Positions 30,151 through 41,000 of a DNA stretch of 64,000 nt are shown in pieces. This DNA comes from Bacteroidota bacterium (lineage in GTDB: Bacteria; Bacteroidota; Bacteroidia; UKL13-3), in NCBI GenBank assembly GCA_947460345.1, contig CANHGM010000001.1:42518-106517 (forward strand), in the 5' to 3' direction. Below the pieces are notes generated by a model, which made no database searches, was not told the DNA's origin, and saw only the letters and a list, made by a program, of their open reading frames with translations. The translations under genes and the position numbers were made by a program. Positions within the stretch are counted from its first letter, which is position 1. Each line of letters begins with the position of its first letter.

Positions 30151-31101
30151 TTGACAGAGATAGAGATTCCTTTAGAAGATATGAACCCAAGCGATTTATT
30201 GGGTGTAAACAATTCGAATTTAAAAATTATTCAAGGTGCTTTCCCAAAAGCTAAAATAGTAAGTAGAGGTAACGAATTAAAAATAATAGGCGAAGAAGCA
30301 GAAATTAAAGATGTTGAAAACAAACTAAAGCCCATTCTAGCTTTTGTTGTTAAACACGGCCAAATTACTGCTACCAAACTTGCCGACCTACTCAATTATC
30401 AACCCCATAATGAGCCAAGTATTCAACCAGTACCTGAAGAAAATATATTAGTATATGGAACCAATGGAAAACTGATTAGAGTAAGAACAGCCAACCAACA
30501 GAAAATGGTTGAAGCTTTAGTAGACAATGATATTTTATTTGCCATTGGTCCGGCTGGAACAGGCAAAACATATACCGCCGTTGCACTAGCTGTTAGAGCT
30601 TTAAAAAACAAAGAAATTAAACGAATTATATTAACCAGACCCGCTGTAGAGGCAGGTGAAAGTTTAGGTTTTTTACCAGGTGATTTAAAAGAAAAAATAG
30701 ACCCTTATTTAAGACCTTTATATGATGCACTAGACGACATGATACAAGCTGATAAGCTTAAAACGTATCTTGAAACTAGAGTTATTGAGGTAGCTCCATT
30801 GGCCTTTATGAGAGGGCGTACCTTAGATCATGCCTATGTAATATTAGACGAAGCTCAAAATGCTACAGATTTACAACTTCGCATGTTTTTAACCCGAATG
30901 GGCCCTCATGCTAAAATGATAATCACTGGTGATGTTACTCAAATAGATTTGCCTAGAAACCAACAATCAGGCTTGCCCAGAGCTGCTGAAATTTTAAAAG
31001 AAATAAATGGAATAGGCGTGGTAAATTTAACTATGGAAGATGTAGTTAGACATAGACTGGTTAGAGATATTATACAAGCTTATGGCGAGATAAAGAAATA
31101 A
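30151..31101 (+). CDS. phoH: PhoH-family ATPase
   Basis: 316 aa with Walker A AIGPAGTGKTYTAVA, then ILTRPAVEAGESLGFLPGD and VILDEAQN (Walker B), as in PhoH. Confidence 0.9.
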   Translation: MTEIEIPLEDMNPSDLLGVNNSNLKIIQGAFPKAKIVSRGNELKIIGEEAEIKDVENKLKPILAFVVKHGQITATKLADLLNYQPHNEPSIQPVPEENILVYGTNGKLIRVRTANQQKMVEALVDNDILFAIGPAGTGKTYTAVALAVRALKNKEIKRIILTRPAVEAGESLGFLPGDLKEKIDPYLRPLYDALDDMIQADKLKTYLETRVIEVAPLAFMRGRTLDHAYVILDEAQNATDLQLRMFLTRMGPHAKMIITGDVTQIDLPRNQQSGLPRAAEILKEINGIGVVNLTMEDVVRHRLVRDIIQAYGEIKK

Positions 31102-31154
31102 AAAAGCCCCAAGTATATTAACTACTTGAGGCTTATATATTTTTTGTTTGCTAC

Positions 31155-32408
31155 TTATTTTTGATACTTTTTGAATATGGCTGAGGCGTTATGCCCACCA
31201 AATCCAAATGTATTACTTAAAGCAGCGTTTACAATTCTTTGTTGAGGTTTGTTAAAAGTGAAATTTAACTTTGAATCAAACTCAGGGTCATCAGTAAAGT
31301 GGTTGATAGTTGGTGGTACGATATCATTTTTAACTGACATAATACAAGCAATTGATTCAATAACACCAGCTCCTCCCAATAAATGACCTGTCATAGACTT
31401 TGTAGAGCTAATGTTTAAATTATAAGCATGCTCGCCAAATACTCTTTTTATGGCTTGTGATTCTGCAATGTCGCCTAAAGGTGTTGATGTTCCATGAACA
31501 TTGATGTAATCAATATCTTCAGGTTTCATTTCAGCATCAGCTAATGCATTTATCATCACATTGGTTGCTCCTAAACCTTCAGGATGAGGTGCTGTGATAT
31601 GATATGCATCTGCACTTAAACCACATCCAACAATTTCTGCATATATTTTTGCTCCTCTTGCAAGGGCATGTTCAAGCTCTTCTAACACTAATGAACCAGC
31701 TCCTTCGCCAAGAACAAAACCATCTCTGTCTTTGTCAAATGGTCTAGAGGCTGTTGAAGGGTCATCATTTCTGGTTGATAAGGCATGCATGGCATTAAAA
31801 CCACCCATAGCTGCTTCATTAACACATGCTTCAGAACCACCTGTTACTATCATATCTGCTTTGTTTAGCTTGATGTAGTAAAACGCATCTGCAATGGCAT
31901 TGGTTGAAGAAGCACAAGCTGAAACAGTAGCAAAGTTTGGCCCTCTAAACCCATATCTCATAGAAATCATTCCACAAGCTATATCTGCAATCATCATTGG
32001 TATAAAGAAAGGACTAAACCTTGGCGTTCCATCGCCTTTGGCATAAGCGGTAACTTCAGATAAGAATGTATTTAATCCGCCAATTCCTGAACCCCATATT
32101 ACACCAACTCTGTCTTTGTTTACTTTTTCAAGGTCTAATCCACTGTCTTTAACAGCTTCATCTGACGCAACTACAGCATATTGTGTAAAAAGGTCCATCC
32201 TTCTAGATTCTTTCTTGTCTATAAAGTTGGTAACTTCAAAACCTTTTACTTCACATGCAAATTGTGTTTTAAATTTTGAAGAATCAAACTTTGTAATAGC
32301 ACCAGCTCCAGAAACACCATTTAGCAACCCATTCCAATATTCATTTAATGTATTGCCTATAGGGGTGATTGCACCCATTCCAGTAACAACAACTCTTCTG
32401 TTGTTCAT
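31155..32408 (-). CDS. fabF: 3-oxoacyl-[acyl-carrier-protein] synthase II
   Basis: 417 aa with active-site Cys in SACASS and the His-His in HITAPH / NVHGTSTP, immediately downstream of acpP. Confidence 0.92.
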   Translation of the reverse strand: MNNRRVVVTGMGAITPIGNTLNEYWNGLLNGVSGAGAITKFDSSKFKTQFACEVKGFEVTNFIDKKESRRMDLFTQYAVVASDEAVKDSGLDLEKVNKDRVGVIWGSGIGGLNTFLSEVTAYAKGDGTPRFSPFFIPMMIADIACGMISMRYGFRGPNFATVSACASSTNAIADAFYYIKLNKADMIVTGGSEACVNEAAMGGFNAMHALSTRNDDPSTASRPFDKDRDGFVLGEGAGSLVLEELEHALARGAKIYAEIVGCGLSADAYHITAPHPEGLGATNVMINALADAEMKPEDIDYINVHGTSTPLGDIAESQAIKRVFGEHAYNLNISSTKSMTGHLLGGAGVIESIACIMSVKNDIVPPTINHFTDDPEFDSKLNFTFNKPQQRIVNAALSNTFGFGGHNASAIFKKYQK

Positions 32409-32425
32409 AAAAAATAATTTTTAAA

Positions 32426-32662
32426 TTATTTTACGTTTGCAGAAATGTATTCTACTGCTTGACCTACAGTTGAGATTTTCTCAGCTTGATCATCAGGAAT
32501 AGCAATATTGAATTCTTTTTCGAATTCCATAATTAATTCAACAGTATCTAATGAATCTGCTCCTAAATCATTGGTGAAGCTTGCTTCTAAAGTAACTTCG
32601 TTTTCTTCAACGCCTAATTTGTCAACAATAATAGACTTAACTCTTGTAGTAATATCTGACAT
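32426..32662 (-). CDS. acpP: acyl carrier protein
   Basis: 78 aa with the phosphopantetheine attachment site [11 protein letters not shown]. Confidence 0.93.
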   Translation of the reverse strand: MSDITTRVKSIIVDKLGVEENEVTLEASFTNDLGADSLDTVELIMEFEKEFNIAIPDDQAEKISTVGQAVEYISANVK

Positions 32663-32821
32663 TTTGTTTTTATTTTATGTTTGTTTAAGGTGCAAATAAC
32701 CAACATTTTTTCGCTTTATACAACAATTTTTTTTAAATGCTGAAAATCAATCGAATTACTTTTAAGAATGTTAGATTTTTGCCCCCTCTGAACATAAAGT
32801 TAATTTCAGATCAGTCTTTTT

Positions 32822-33892
32822 TTAGATTTTTACCAGCTCTAAACACATTTCTTTTAAAGTGATGGGTTGGGTATCGGCTTTTATAATTTGATTATCTTCG
32901 ACTACCATTCTTTTTTTCTCAAACATTGGTATGCCTTGGTTCAGCTCCACTACCAACATCGTTACTTGGCAACCCTTAGGTATGTTTACATAATAATTTC
33001 CCTTTACATTTTGGTAAGCTGATAACATACTGTTGGTGTTTTTGATGTAAAATGAAACTTGAGCCAGGTTGTTGGTTTCTACTTCTATAGTAGTCATTGC
33101 ACTTTGAGGAAACTCAGCAAATTTATCGCAATTGATAAAACCAAGGTTGCTAATAGCAGTTGTGTATATATTTGATACATCATTCATATTAAAAAAACCA
33201 AGCTTCTCTCTTTTTTTAAGTAAATCTAGTTTTGCATCGGCAAACATTTGTGCCAATTTACTATCACTATCCAAAACCAACTTAGCAAAACTGTTATAAC
33301 TCCATTGATTGATTGAATTAATTCTATAACCTTCCGCTTTTTGATATTTACTACCCACTTTATTAGAAGCATAGTTAAATTGGTTATAATAGCTTAAGGT
33401 TGACAACTGGTTTTTGGGGAGCTTTGATACCCACTCTAGTAAATTAATTCTATATAGCAATAAATTTAATTGCTTAACTGTTTTTTCATTTATATTAAAT
33501 TCTTTAAGCAAAATATTTTGAGGACTTAAATGGGTCATTTTATCATTTTGGCTCATGGCTATCAACCTATTGATTCCAAAATTAAACAATTGTTTTTCGA
33601 GCAAATTAACATTTTTTTGGTGTTTTTCTTTTTCTTTTTCAACCCATATATAAAATTGATCTAACTCTTGTTTATATATAACTGTATCAGCATAATATTG
33701 ATTTAATTGCTCGAAATACTTCACCATTCTGCTTTGATAGGTAGCTAACCTTTGGTTATATATTTCTTCTCTTTTGTGTTGCTCTTTAAAAACACCTTTT
33801 TGTTTTTTATGATTGGTCCATAAAAATCTTTGTGCTGTTGTATATAAATCTTCTTCTGAAACTGTTGCTGGTTTTTGTGGCTTTCTAGGCAT
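32822..33892 (-). CDS. hypothetical cytoplasmic protein (no recognisable domain)
   Basis: 356-aa ORF with no signal peptide and a Lys/Gln-rich coiled-coil-like N-terminal third. It is co-directional with, and 54 bp downstream of, the OmpA-family gene. Confidence 0.5.
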   Translation of the reverse strand: MPRKPQKPATVSEEDLYTTAQRFLWTNHKKQKGVFKEQHKREEIYNQRLATYQSRMVKYFEQLNQYYADTVIYKQELDQFYIWVEKEKEKHQKNVNLLEKQLFNFGINRLIAMSQNDKMTHLSPQNILLKEFNINEKTVKQLNLLLYRINLLEWVSKLPKNQLSTLSYYNQFNYASNKVGSKYQKAEGYRINSINQWSYNSFAKLVLDSDSKLAQMFADAKLDLLKKREKLGFFNMNDVSNIYTTAISNLGFINCDKFAEFPQSAMTTIEVETNNLAQVSFYIKNTNSMLSAYQNVKGNYYVNIPKGCQVTMLVVELNQGIPMFEKKRMVVEDNQIIKADTQPITLKEMCLELVKI

Positions 33893-33946
33893 TATAGGCG
33901 TTTGCGGACTAACAGGCAGCGTATATGTAGTTTTGTATTCGTAAGG

Positions 33947-34873
33947 TTATGTGGTTAGTTTTTGCAACAACGTTTTCAAATATTTTTCATCAAGTTTGGT
34001 TGATGGGGCTTTAAGAGGCGTTTTGCGTTTGGGCTCAAATGGAATATTTCTTTCTACCCATTCTGTTGCGTTGTGGCCATTGGTAATGCCTGTATATAAT
34101 TCCATATTGGGTTTTATATTATTAGAAGGCATTTCAACAGGTAACGATTTACCATTTTTAACTTGAAGTTCTTCGCCATTATAGGTTGCCGAAATTTTAA
34201 ACATACCTCCTGTTTCTAATATTTTTCCATCACATATAGTAGATAAATTATTAAACACTGCATCCATAGGTTTCTGAAACTCTTGAAGTTCAATGGTTAC
34301 ATTTTCGTTAGAAATTGCTTTACCATCTTTGGTTTCTAAGACATTTTTAGGAATAGTAATTTGAGTACCGTTTTTACCTTTAATTATATTTTCACCTACA
34401 GAGCTTAAAGTAAAGGTTTGGGAATAATCTCCTCCAGCAGATTTAAATACATCAGCTATCTCATTAAACTGAAATTTTTTCAATTCAATATCTACTCTTC
34501 TGTTTATTAATTTTGATTGGTTGTTGTTGTTGGCTACCTCAGGTTTTTCTTCGCCATACCATTGGGTTTCTATATAGGTAGCATTTAATCCTTTGCTGGT
34601 TAAATAATCAACTACGGCTTGGGCTCTGTTTTTCGATAAGTTTATATTATATTGATTGTTGGCGTCGTTATCAGTATGGGCAGAGAGGCTGATTTCATAG
34701 TAACTTCCAGTTTTAGCTTCAGATACTATTTTATCTAAAGTTTCTTTGTAAGTGTCATCAATTTTGAATTGATCAACTTTAAAATTGATTCTAAAGTTAC
34801 TTGTGGTGGGTTGAGCTTGGGCATAAAAAACACATACCAAAACCCATAGCATTAGGATGGTTATTTTTTTCAT
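33947..34873 (-). CDS. OmpA-family protein (signal peptide, N-terminal OmpA_C-like peptidoglycan-binding domain and C-terminal domain of unknown function)
   Basis: Signal MKKITILMLWVLVCVFYAQA. The OmpA_C core is …ISLSAHTDNDANNQYNINLSKNRAQAVVDYL…INRRVDIEL, located unusually at the N-terminus and followed by about 180 aa of unknown sequence. Confidence 0.7.
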   Translation of the reverse strand: MKKITILMLWVLVCVFYAQAQPTTSNFRINFKVDQFKIDDTYKETLDKIVSEAKTGSYYEISLSAHTDNDANNQYNINLSKNRAQAVVDYLTSKGLNATYIETQWYGEEKPEVANNNNQSKLINRRVDIELKKFQFNEIADVFKSAGGDYSQTFTLSSVGENIIKGKNGTQITIPKNVLETKDGKAISNENVTIELQEFQKPMDAVFNNLSTICDGKILETGGMFKISATYNGEELQVKNGKSLPVEMPSNNIKPNMELYTGITNGHNATEWVERNIPFEPKRKTPLKAPSTKLDEKYLKTLLQKLTT

Positions 34874-35032
34874 AGTTGTATTGTTTTGAGATAGTTATAC
34901 AACGTCATTTATCGATTTTTATTACACTGAAATGCTATTTTTTAATTAAAACATTATACTTTAACTAGTTAAATTTCTATTCAATTAAAAAGTATATATA
35001 TAACTATCTTTTAGAGTAGACAACTTCTTGCA

Positions 35033-35040
35033 TATATTTG
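35033..35040 (+). promoter_or_regulatory. candidate -7 promoter element TATATTTG (TAnnTTTG) for the Cys-rich surface-protein gene
   Basis: An exact TAnnTTTG match lies 25 nt upstream of Met10 (35065) of the ORF. This supports 35065 rather than 35038 as the start. Confidence 0.3.
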
Positions 35041-35064
35041 GTGTCAAAGTTTAAAACATTTGCT

Positions 35065-37986
35065 ATGAAGAAACACTTACTCTTTTTTATTTTATTGATA
35101 ACCTCAGCTTCATTTATTAATGGCCAAAACAACATTATGGGTGGAGATATGGCTTATAAAAAAGTAGGTCAAGATTCTTTTTTGATTACAGTTAATATTT
35201 ATAAAAATTGCAAGAGTTATCAATTTGTGTTTACAAAATTTCACGTTCAAAGTTTTTTTACTGCTTTTCATATCGACACTACTGCATCACTCATTACTTG
35301 CAAAGATGTTACTCCTATTTGCAAAAGCGAATGTAGTAAATGCTTCCCTGGTGATTGTAATAAGAATGGATACTCAAATGGAAATGCTAATTGTAGTTTC
35401 CCATACGGAATTGAGAAACTTACTTATCAGCAGCTAATTATATTTCCACCTACTTTAAAAAGTAATGACTGTAAATTTAGGATTTACTTTGAGTCATGTT
35501 GTAGAGTTAATAATACAACTTGTTGTTCAAATGAAAACTATTACAATGTATTGATTTTAGACAGGTGCTCTGGAAGCAACACTTCGCCGACATTTAATGA
35601 AGATTACCCGTACATTTTACCTATAAATGAAAATCATAAAATTAATTTTTCAGCTACCGATTCTATAGATAATGATTCTCTTTCATACCACATAGATTTC
35701 CCAAAAACTTCATATGCCACATCATGCACCTATACATTGGGTTTTACCTATAAAACACCTTTTCAATTTGTAGGATACCCCAATTCAACACCAAACCCAT
35801 TAATTAAAAATTCTGGATTCGTAGTTGATTCATTATCAGGGTTTATATATGCTAAACCTAATTGGCCACAAAATACATTTATAGCTATAAAAGTTAAAGA
35901 ATGGAGAAAAGACACTTTAGGAGTAATGCAAAACATTGGCAATGTAACAAAAGATGTTCATGTTTTTTTAGATGGTAATTACCCAAACATATCTCCAACT
36001 ACTACTATTAAAAAAGACTATTATATCTGTAAGTTTGATACGTTTGCTCTGAGTTTTACTTCATCAGACTCAACAAAAACAGATTCTATTTCAGTTAAAG
36101 TGTTAAACCCTTTTAAGGGAATGGTTGTAAACACTAGCTATGCAAATAATAAAAGAATAGCGTATACAGATATTATTTGGCCGCCCAATTATATACCTCT
36201 TAAAGATACTATATATAAACTCATCGTTTTAGTTAACGATAACCATTGCCCTATTCCGTTTAACCATTATGAAATAGTTAATATTCATGTTGTCGACACG
36301 CAACAATCTAATGGGTTAAATATTAGAAAATCCTCATGCGACTATATTTCCATTAAACCCAACAATCCCAATTTAAAAAATAGCACATGGCTTATAACAG
36401 ATAGCATTGGAGATACTACCGCATTTAGTTATAGTAAAACCATTAGTCATATTGAAAAAAGACCTGGCAAATATTATATATATCTTACAAGTGGTGCAGG
36501 CTCATGCCTTCAAACTACAAAAGATTCTATGGTTATATTACCCAAATCGATGTCTATTAATCTTGGAAAAGATACCGTTATATGTGCCTATAATGGTATG
36601 AATATCAACTACGATATTATACCTAAAATAAATGGAGTTGCAAGTAAAAACTATACACTTGTTTGGACTGACTTGTACTCTTCAGCTAACTTCTCAAACG
36701 CCAATCAAATAAACATAAACCAAACTGTAAACAATAAAAACTATGATTTTTTAATAGAATGCAGCATCATAGACAGCTTGGGTTGTAGGGTTTCTGATAC
36801 CATTCATATTGTTATATCTAATGTAAGACTAACTCCTAGCAGTACTTTCCAAAAATTCTTTGGTTGTGAAAATGATACTGTTTCTATCTCAGCTCCCTCT
36901 TGGTATGCAACTACTAAGTTCAAGTGGAATACGGGTGATACTTTGCAGACTATTGCTGTTACTGACTCAGGTTTTTATTACGCCACGCTTACCGACAAAG
37001 GTTGCAGTTACACTGACAGTGTTCAAGTAATTAAGCTTCCATACCCCATATATACTCCTTTAACTGATACTTCTATTTGCCCTAATAGTTCTGTAATACT
37101 CAAGCCCAATGTTGCTAACTATGACAGTATAAAGTGGAATGCAAAAACAGTAAGCGATTCTATTATTATATCTGCTGCAAGCAACCCTTTTTATACGATT
37201 TACAAATCATATATAATTACAAATAACACAAAATTGGTTTGTAAAATATCTGATACTTTACAAGTAACTATTCTAGCTTTAAAAGGATTAGAACTTGGTA
37301 ACAACCAAAATGCCTGTGCGGGTGATAGTCTTAGACTTATGCCTAACCATATATACAACACTTATCTATGGAATACCAACGAAACATCTGCTGATATATA
37401 CGTCAAAAACACAGGAATGTATACGCTGTGGGTGAAAGACATGAATGGCTGTGATGAAAAAGACAGTATATATACAAACTTTTATATCAAGCCTGATGGT
37501 TCGTATAGTTACCAAATAAGCCAAGGGTTTAATGTTGCTTTTATGCCCGTATATAATTCTTATGCTCAATATCAATGGCAGTTTGGTGACGGAGTTAATA
37601 GTATGCTGGTATCTCCTTCACATATATATGCTTCAAGTGGAAACTACCGTTCAAGTTTGGTGGTTTCTGACTCTAACAATTGCATAGATTCTTCTGCTCA
37701 GTATATATTCTTCTCTGGTATCAATTCCTTGTCTGTAGCTGCTAACAAACTGCTTGCGTTTCCAAATCCTTTCTCCAACCAAATAACTATTTCAGGTAAC
37801 ATCCCCAATGGTTTAGTATTGGTAGAGTGGTTTGATAGTTGGGGAAGAAAAATATACCAAACATATAAAACTGCAAGCTTGGGCAATCTGAATATATATG
37901 CACCAGAGCAATTAAACAGTGGTGTTTCATTTATCAAAATCTCTACTGAAAGTTGGCAAGGTTCAGTATTGGTGCTGAAAGAATAA
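35065..37986 (+). CDS. large secreted protein with cysteine-rich N-terminal domain, PKD-like domain and type A T9SS C-terminal sorting domain
   Basis: Signal MKKHLLFFILLITSASFINGQ. The N-domain carries about 14 Cys (…CKDVTPICKSECSKCFPGDCNKNGYSNGNANCSFPYGIEKLTYQQLIIFP…CCRVNNTTCCS). The PKD-like segment is YQWQFGDGVNSMLVSPSHIYASSGNYRSSLVVSDSNNC. The C-terminal LLAFPNPFSNQITISG…FIKISTESWQGSVLVLKE is a T9SS CTD. It is a paralog of the gene starting at 60285. Confidence 0.75.
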   Translation: MKKHLLFFILLITSASFINGQNNIMGGDMAYKKVGQDSFLITVNIYKNCKSYQFVFTKFHVQSFFTAFHIDTTASLITCKDVTPICKSECSKCFPGDCNKNGYSNGNANCSFPYGIEKLTYQQLIIFPPTLKSNDCKFRIYFESCCRVNNTTCCSNENYYNVLILDRCSGSNTSPTFNEDYPYILPINENHKINFSATDSIDNDSLSYHIDFPKTSYATSCTYTLGFTYKTPFQFVGYPNSTPNPLIKNSGFVVDSLSGFIYAKPNWPQNTFIAIKVKEWRKDTLGVMQNIGNVTKDVHVFLDGNYPNISPTTTIKKDYYICKFDTFALSFTSSDSTKTDSISVKVLNPFKGMVVNTSYANNKRIAYTDIIWPPNYIPLKDTIYKLIVLVNDNHCPIPFNHYEIVNIHVVDTQQSNGLNIRKSSCDYISIKPNNPNLKNSTWLITDSIGDTTAFSYSKTISHIEKRPGKYYIYLTSGAGSCLQTTKDSMVILPKSMSINLGKDTVICAYNGMNINYDIIPKINGVASKNYTLVWTDLYSSANFSNANQININQTVNNKNYDFLIECSIIDSLGCRVSDTIHIVISNVRLTPSSTFQKFFGCENDTVSISAPSWYATTKFKWNTGDTLQTIAVTDSGFYYATLTDKGCSYTDSVQVIKLPYPIYTPLTDTSICPNSSVILKPNVANYDSIKWNAKTVSDSIIISAASNPFYTIYKSYIITNNTKLVCKISDTLQVTILALKGLELGNNQNACAGDSLRLMPNHIYNTYLWNTNETSADIYVKNTGMYTLWVKDMNGCDEKDSIYTNFYIKPDGSYSYQISQGFNVAFMPVYNSYAQYQWQFGDGVNSMLVSPSHIYASSGNYRSSLVVSDSNNCIDSSAQYIFFSGINSLSVAANKLLAFPNPFSNQITISGNIPNGLVLVEWFDSWGRKIYQTYKTASLGNLNIYAPEQLNSGVSFIKISTESWQGSVLVLKE

Positions 37987-38065
37987 GGTTAAAATACTTG
38001 AATATATAAAGATATAGACTATTATAAAACTTATTGGACTTATTTTTGCAAACTAGAAATCTGCT

Positions 38066-41000
38066 TTGCGAAAAAAACTGACTAAAATATCATCTTTCCT
38101 ACTATCGTTTTTAATCATAACGATAGCTCAGGCTTTGGTGTTTTTAAATAGTGAGCATTTTCAGAATTATTTAATAGAAAAAATTACAACCTACTACGCC
38201 CAAGAGTTGAAGTGTGAGATTCATATTAAACATGTTAAATTTAAACTTACCCATTTTGAACTAGACAGTGTTACTATCAACGACCAACAAGGCGACTCTC
38301 TTTGTAGAATTGGAAGTATAGACATGTATCCAAGGCCTTCAACGCTTATCACACGTCATATGGTCATCAATAAAATTGTATGCCATAGCAGTAGGTTCAA
38401 CTTTATGGTGCACCCGGGTGTGAAAGGCACCAATATAGAATTTCTCAGAAAATATTTTCTAAAGAAAAACAAAACCAAAACCAAAAGAGCTCCAGCTGTT
38501 TTTGATGTAAGTGAAATATATTTGGACGATTGCAGTGTTACTTGGAGCGATAAAAGACGGAAAATGCATCCTGAAGAATTTGATTTAAGTTATTTAGCAT
38601 TTAACCATTTGAATGTAGGGCTTGACAAATTTAGACTTATTGATGACAGTATAAACACACATATAAAATATCTAAATTTTGTTGAGAAATGTGGTTTAAA
38701 GGTAGATAGTTTGGTTTCAGATTTAATTGTGTGCGACCACGAAATGTTGTTTGACAACTTCAGACTTAAAACGCCCTATAGCACTATCAAAAAACGAATT
38801 AAATTAACTTACGACGAATATGAAGATTTAGAAGAACCAGTAGACTCAGTGGTGTTTAGCGGCGAAATAAGAGAGTCAGATGTGAGCATGATTGACATAA
38901 GGTATTTTAATCACATATTGGCAGGGATGGAACAGCAATTTAACATTGAAGGAGATTTTAAAGGCCATATAAACAATTTAAAAACCACCAATGTGACCAT
39001 ACGTTATGGCAATAATTCTATATTTAAAGGTAAAGCTAAATTTAGAGGTTTGCCCGAAGTAGATGAGACCTATATGGATATTAGAGCTGAATACGCAACT
39101 ACTAACTATGAAGACCTTTCAACCTTATTAATGACCAATGAAATTCCTTCGCAAGTCAAAAATATAGGGTTAGTAAAATTTGCAGGAAATTTCAACGGCT
39201 TTTTTCATGATTTTGTAACTGACGGAAAGTTTGAGTCACATATAGGAACCGTTTCAAGTAATATCAATATGAAATTGCCGCTAGATGACAGTCCACCAGC
39301 CTACTCAGGATCATTTACATTTAACAATTTTGATATGGGCAAGTTTTATGAGATAAGCAACATTGGTACAACAGATTTAACGGCAACCGTTAAGGCAGGT
39401 AGAGGTTTTAAACTTAAAGATTTACAAGCTGAAATTGATGCCAATATCTCAAGGTTTAACTTCAATAATTACAATTATAATAACTCTATAGTCACAGGAA
39501 AACTCATCAATAAAAAGTTTATCGGAAAACTGAATACAGTAGACCCTAATATTAACTTAGTCTTTGATGGGTTAATAGATTTAGCTGGCAAAGAACCAAC
39601 TTTTAAATATGTAGCAAGTATTAAAGATGCTAGGTTATTACCACTTCATTTTGATAGTAACAATACGGTAGTTAGCACTAAAATGAATATTGATTTTACA
39701 GGAAGTTCATTAGATATGCTTTTTGGTAAATTACTTTTTACTGATGTAAGTATAGATAGAGACAGCTTACATTTCCCTTTAAAGAAAATTGAACTTAGGG
39801 CTGACACCAGAACTAAAAATGGATATATAGCCCTAAAATCTGAAATTGCAGATATAGCTTTCAATGGTGAATTTGACTTACAAAATTTACAAAACACCAT
39901 GCAGTATGTATTTTACCATTACTTGCCTAACTATGTAAATTCTATAAAAACGCCAGTGAAGCAGAAATTTAGTTTTAATGCAGAACTAAAAAACACCCAA
40001 ATTGTTACCGATTTGTTTTTTCCTAAAATGCATTTAGGTAAAACTTTATTGAATGGCAGAATGAATAGTGATAGCAACGATATATATTTAAATCTTCAAT
40101 CACAATACTTCTATTGGGATCAATTCCAATTTAAAAACATATATATAAAGAGTGATAAAAATATAAGAAATGATTTGCTTCATATTAATAATACCATAGG
40201 CGAATTAAGAATGAACGACTCAATTTCATTTACAAATATTACTTTAAATGCAGATATTAAAAATGATTCGTTTAATTATAAAGCAATAAGCTATGAGCCT
40301 AGACAGCCTTATGATTTTGACCTAAATGGATTTATATTATTCCATAAAAACGCCATCAAAATGGTTTGGAATCCATCACGTATTCAGATAGTCAGAAAAA
40401 ACTATTCGATAGCACAAAACAGTTCGATACTTTTCCAAAACAATATGGTATATATATCTAATATGGAATTAAGTAATAAAGATGAACAAATAAAGGCTGA
40501 TGGTGTTTTGGGTAAATCAAAAAATGATGAATTAGATTTACAAATCAAAAATTTTGATATTGGCTTTATTAATGCCTTTGTAAAAACTATTGATGGAGGT
40601 ATTCACGGAAAAGCTTCAGGAACTTTACAAATTAAAAGAGCACTTCAATCTCCTGTTTTCATAGCAGATATATATAGCGAAAAATCAATAGCTGGTGTTG
40701 ATACTTTGGGTGATTTACAACTTGCAACCACTTACGATGATGAAAACAACAGTGTCCATCTTGATGCGGAAGTTTTAGGTGGTAATTTAAAAGGCATAAA
40801 AGCAAAAGGAGATATAGATATAAGCAAAGAAACTAGGCTAAATATTGATGTTGATGTGCCAGCAACACCTGTGAAGAAATTTGAATATTACACTAAAATA
40901 CTCATATCTAATGTAGATGGGAATATATCAGGCAAACTTAAAGTAAAAGGAACGCCCTCTAAACCTTTAGTTACGGGCAAAGTATATTTTGACGATGTGA

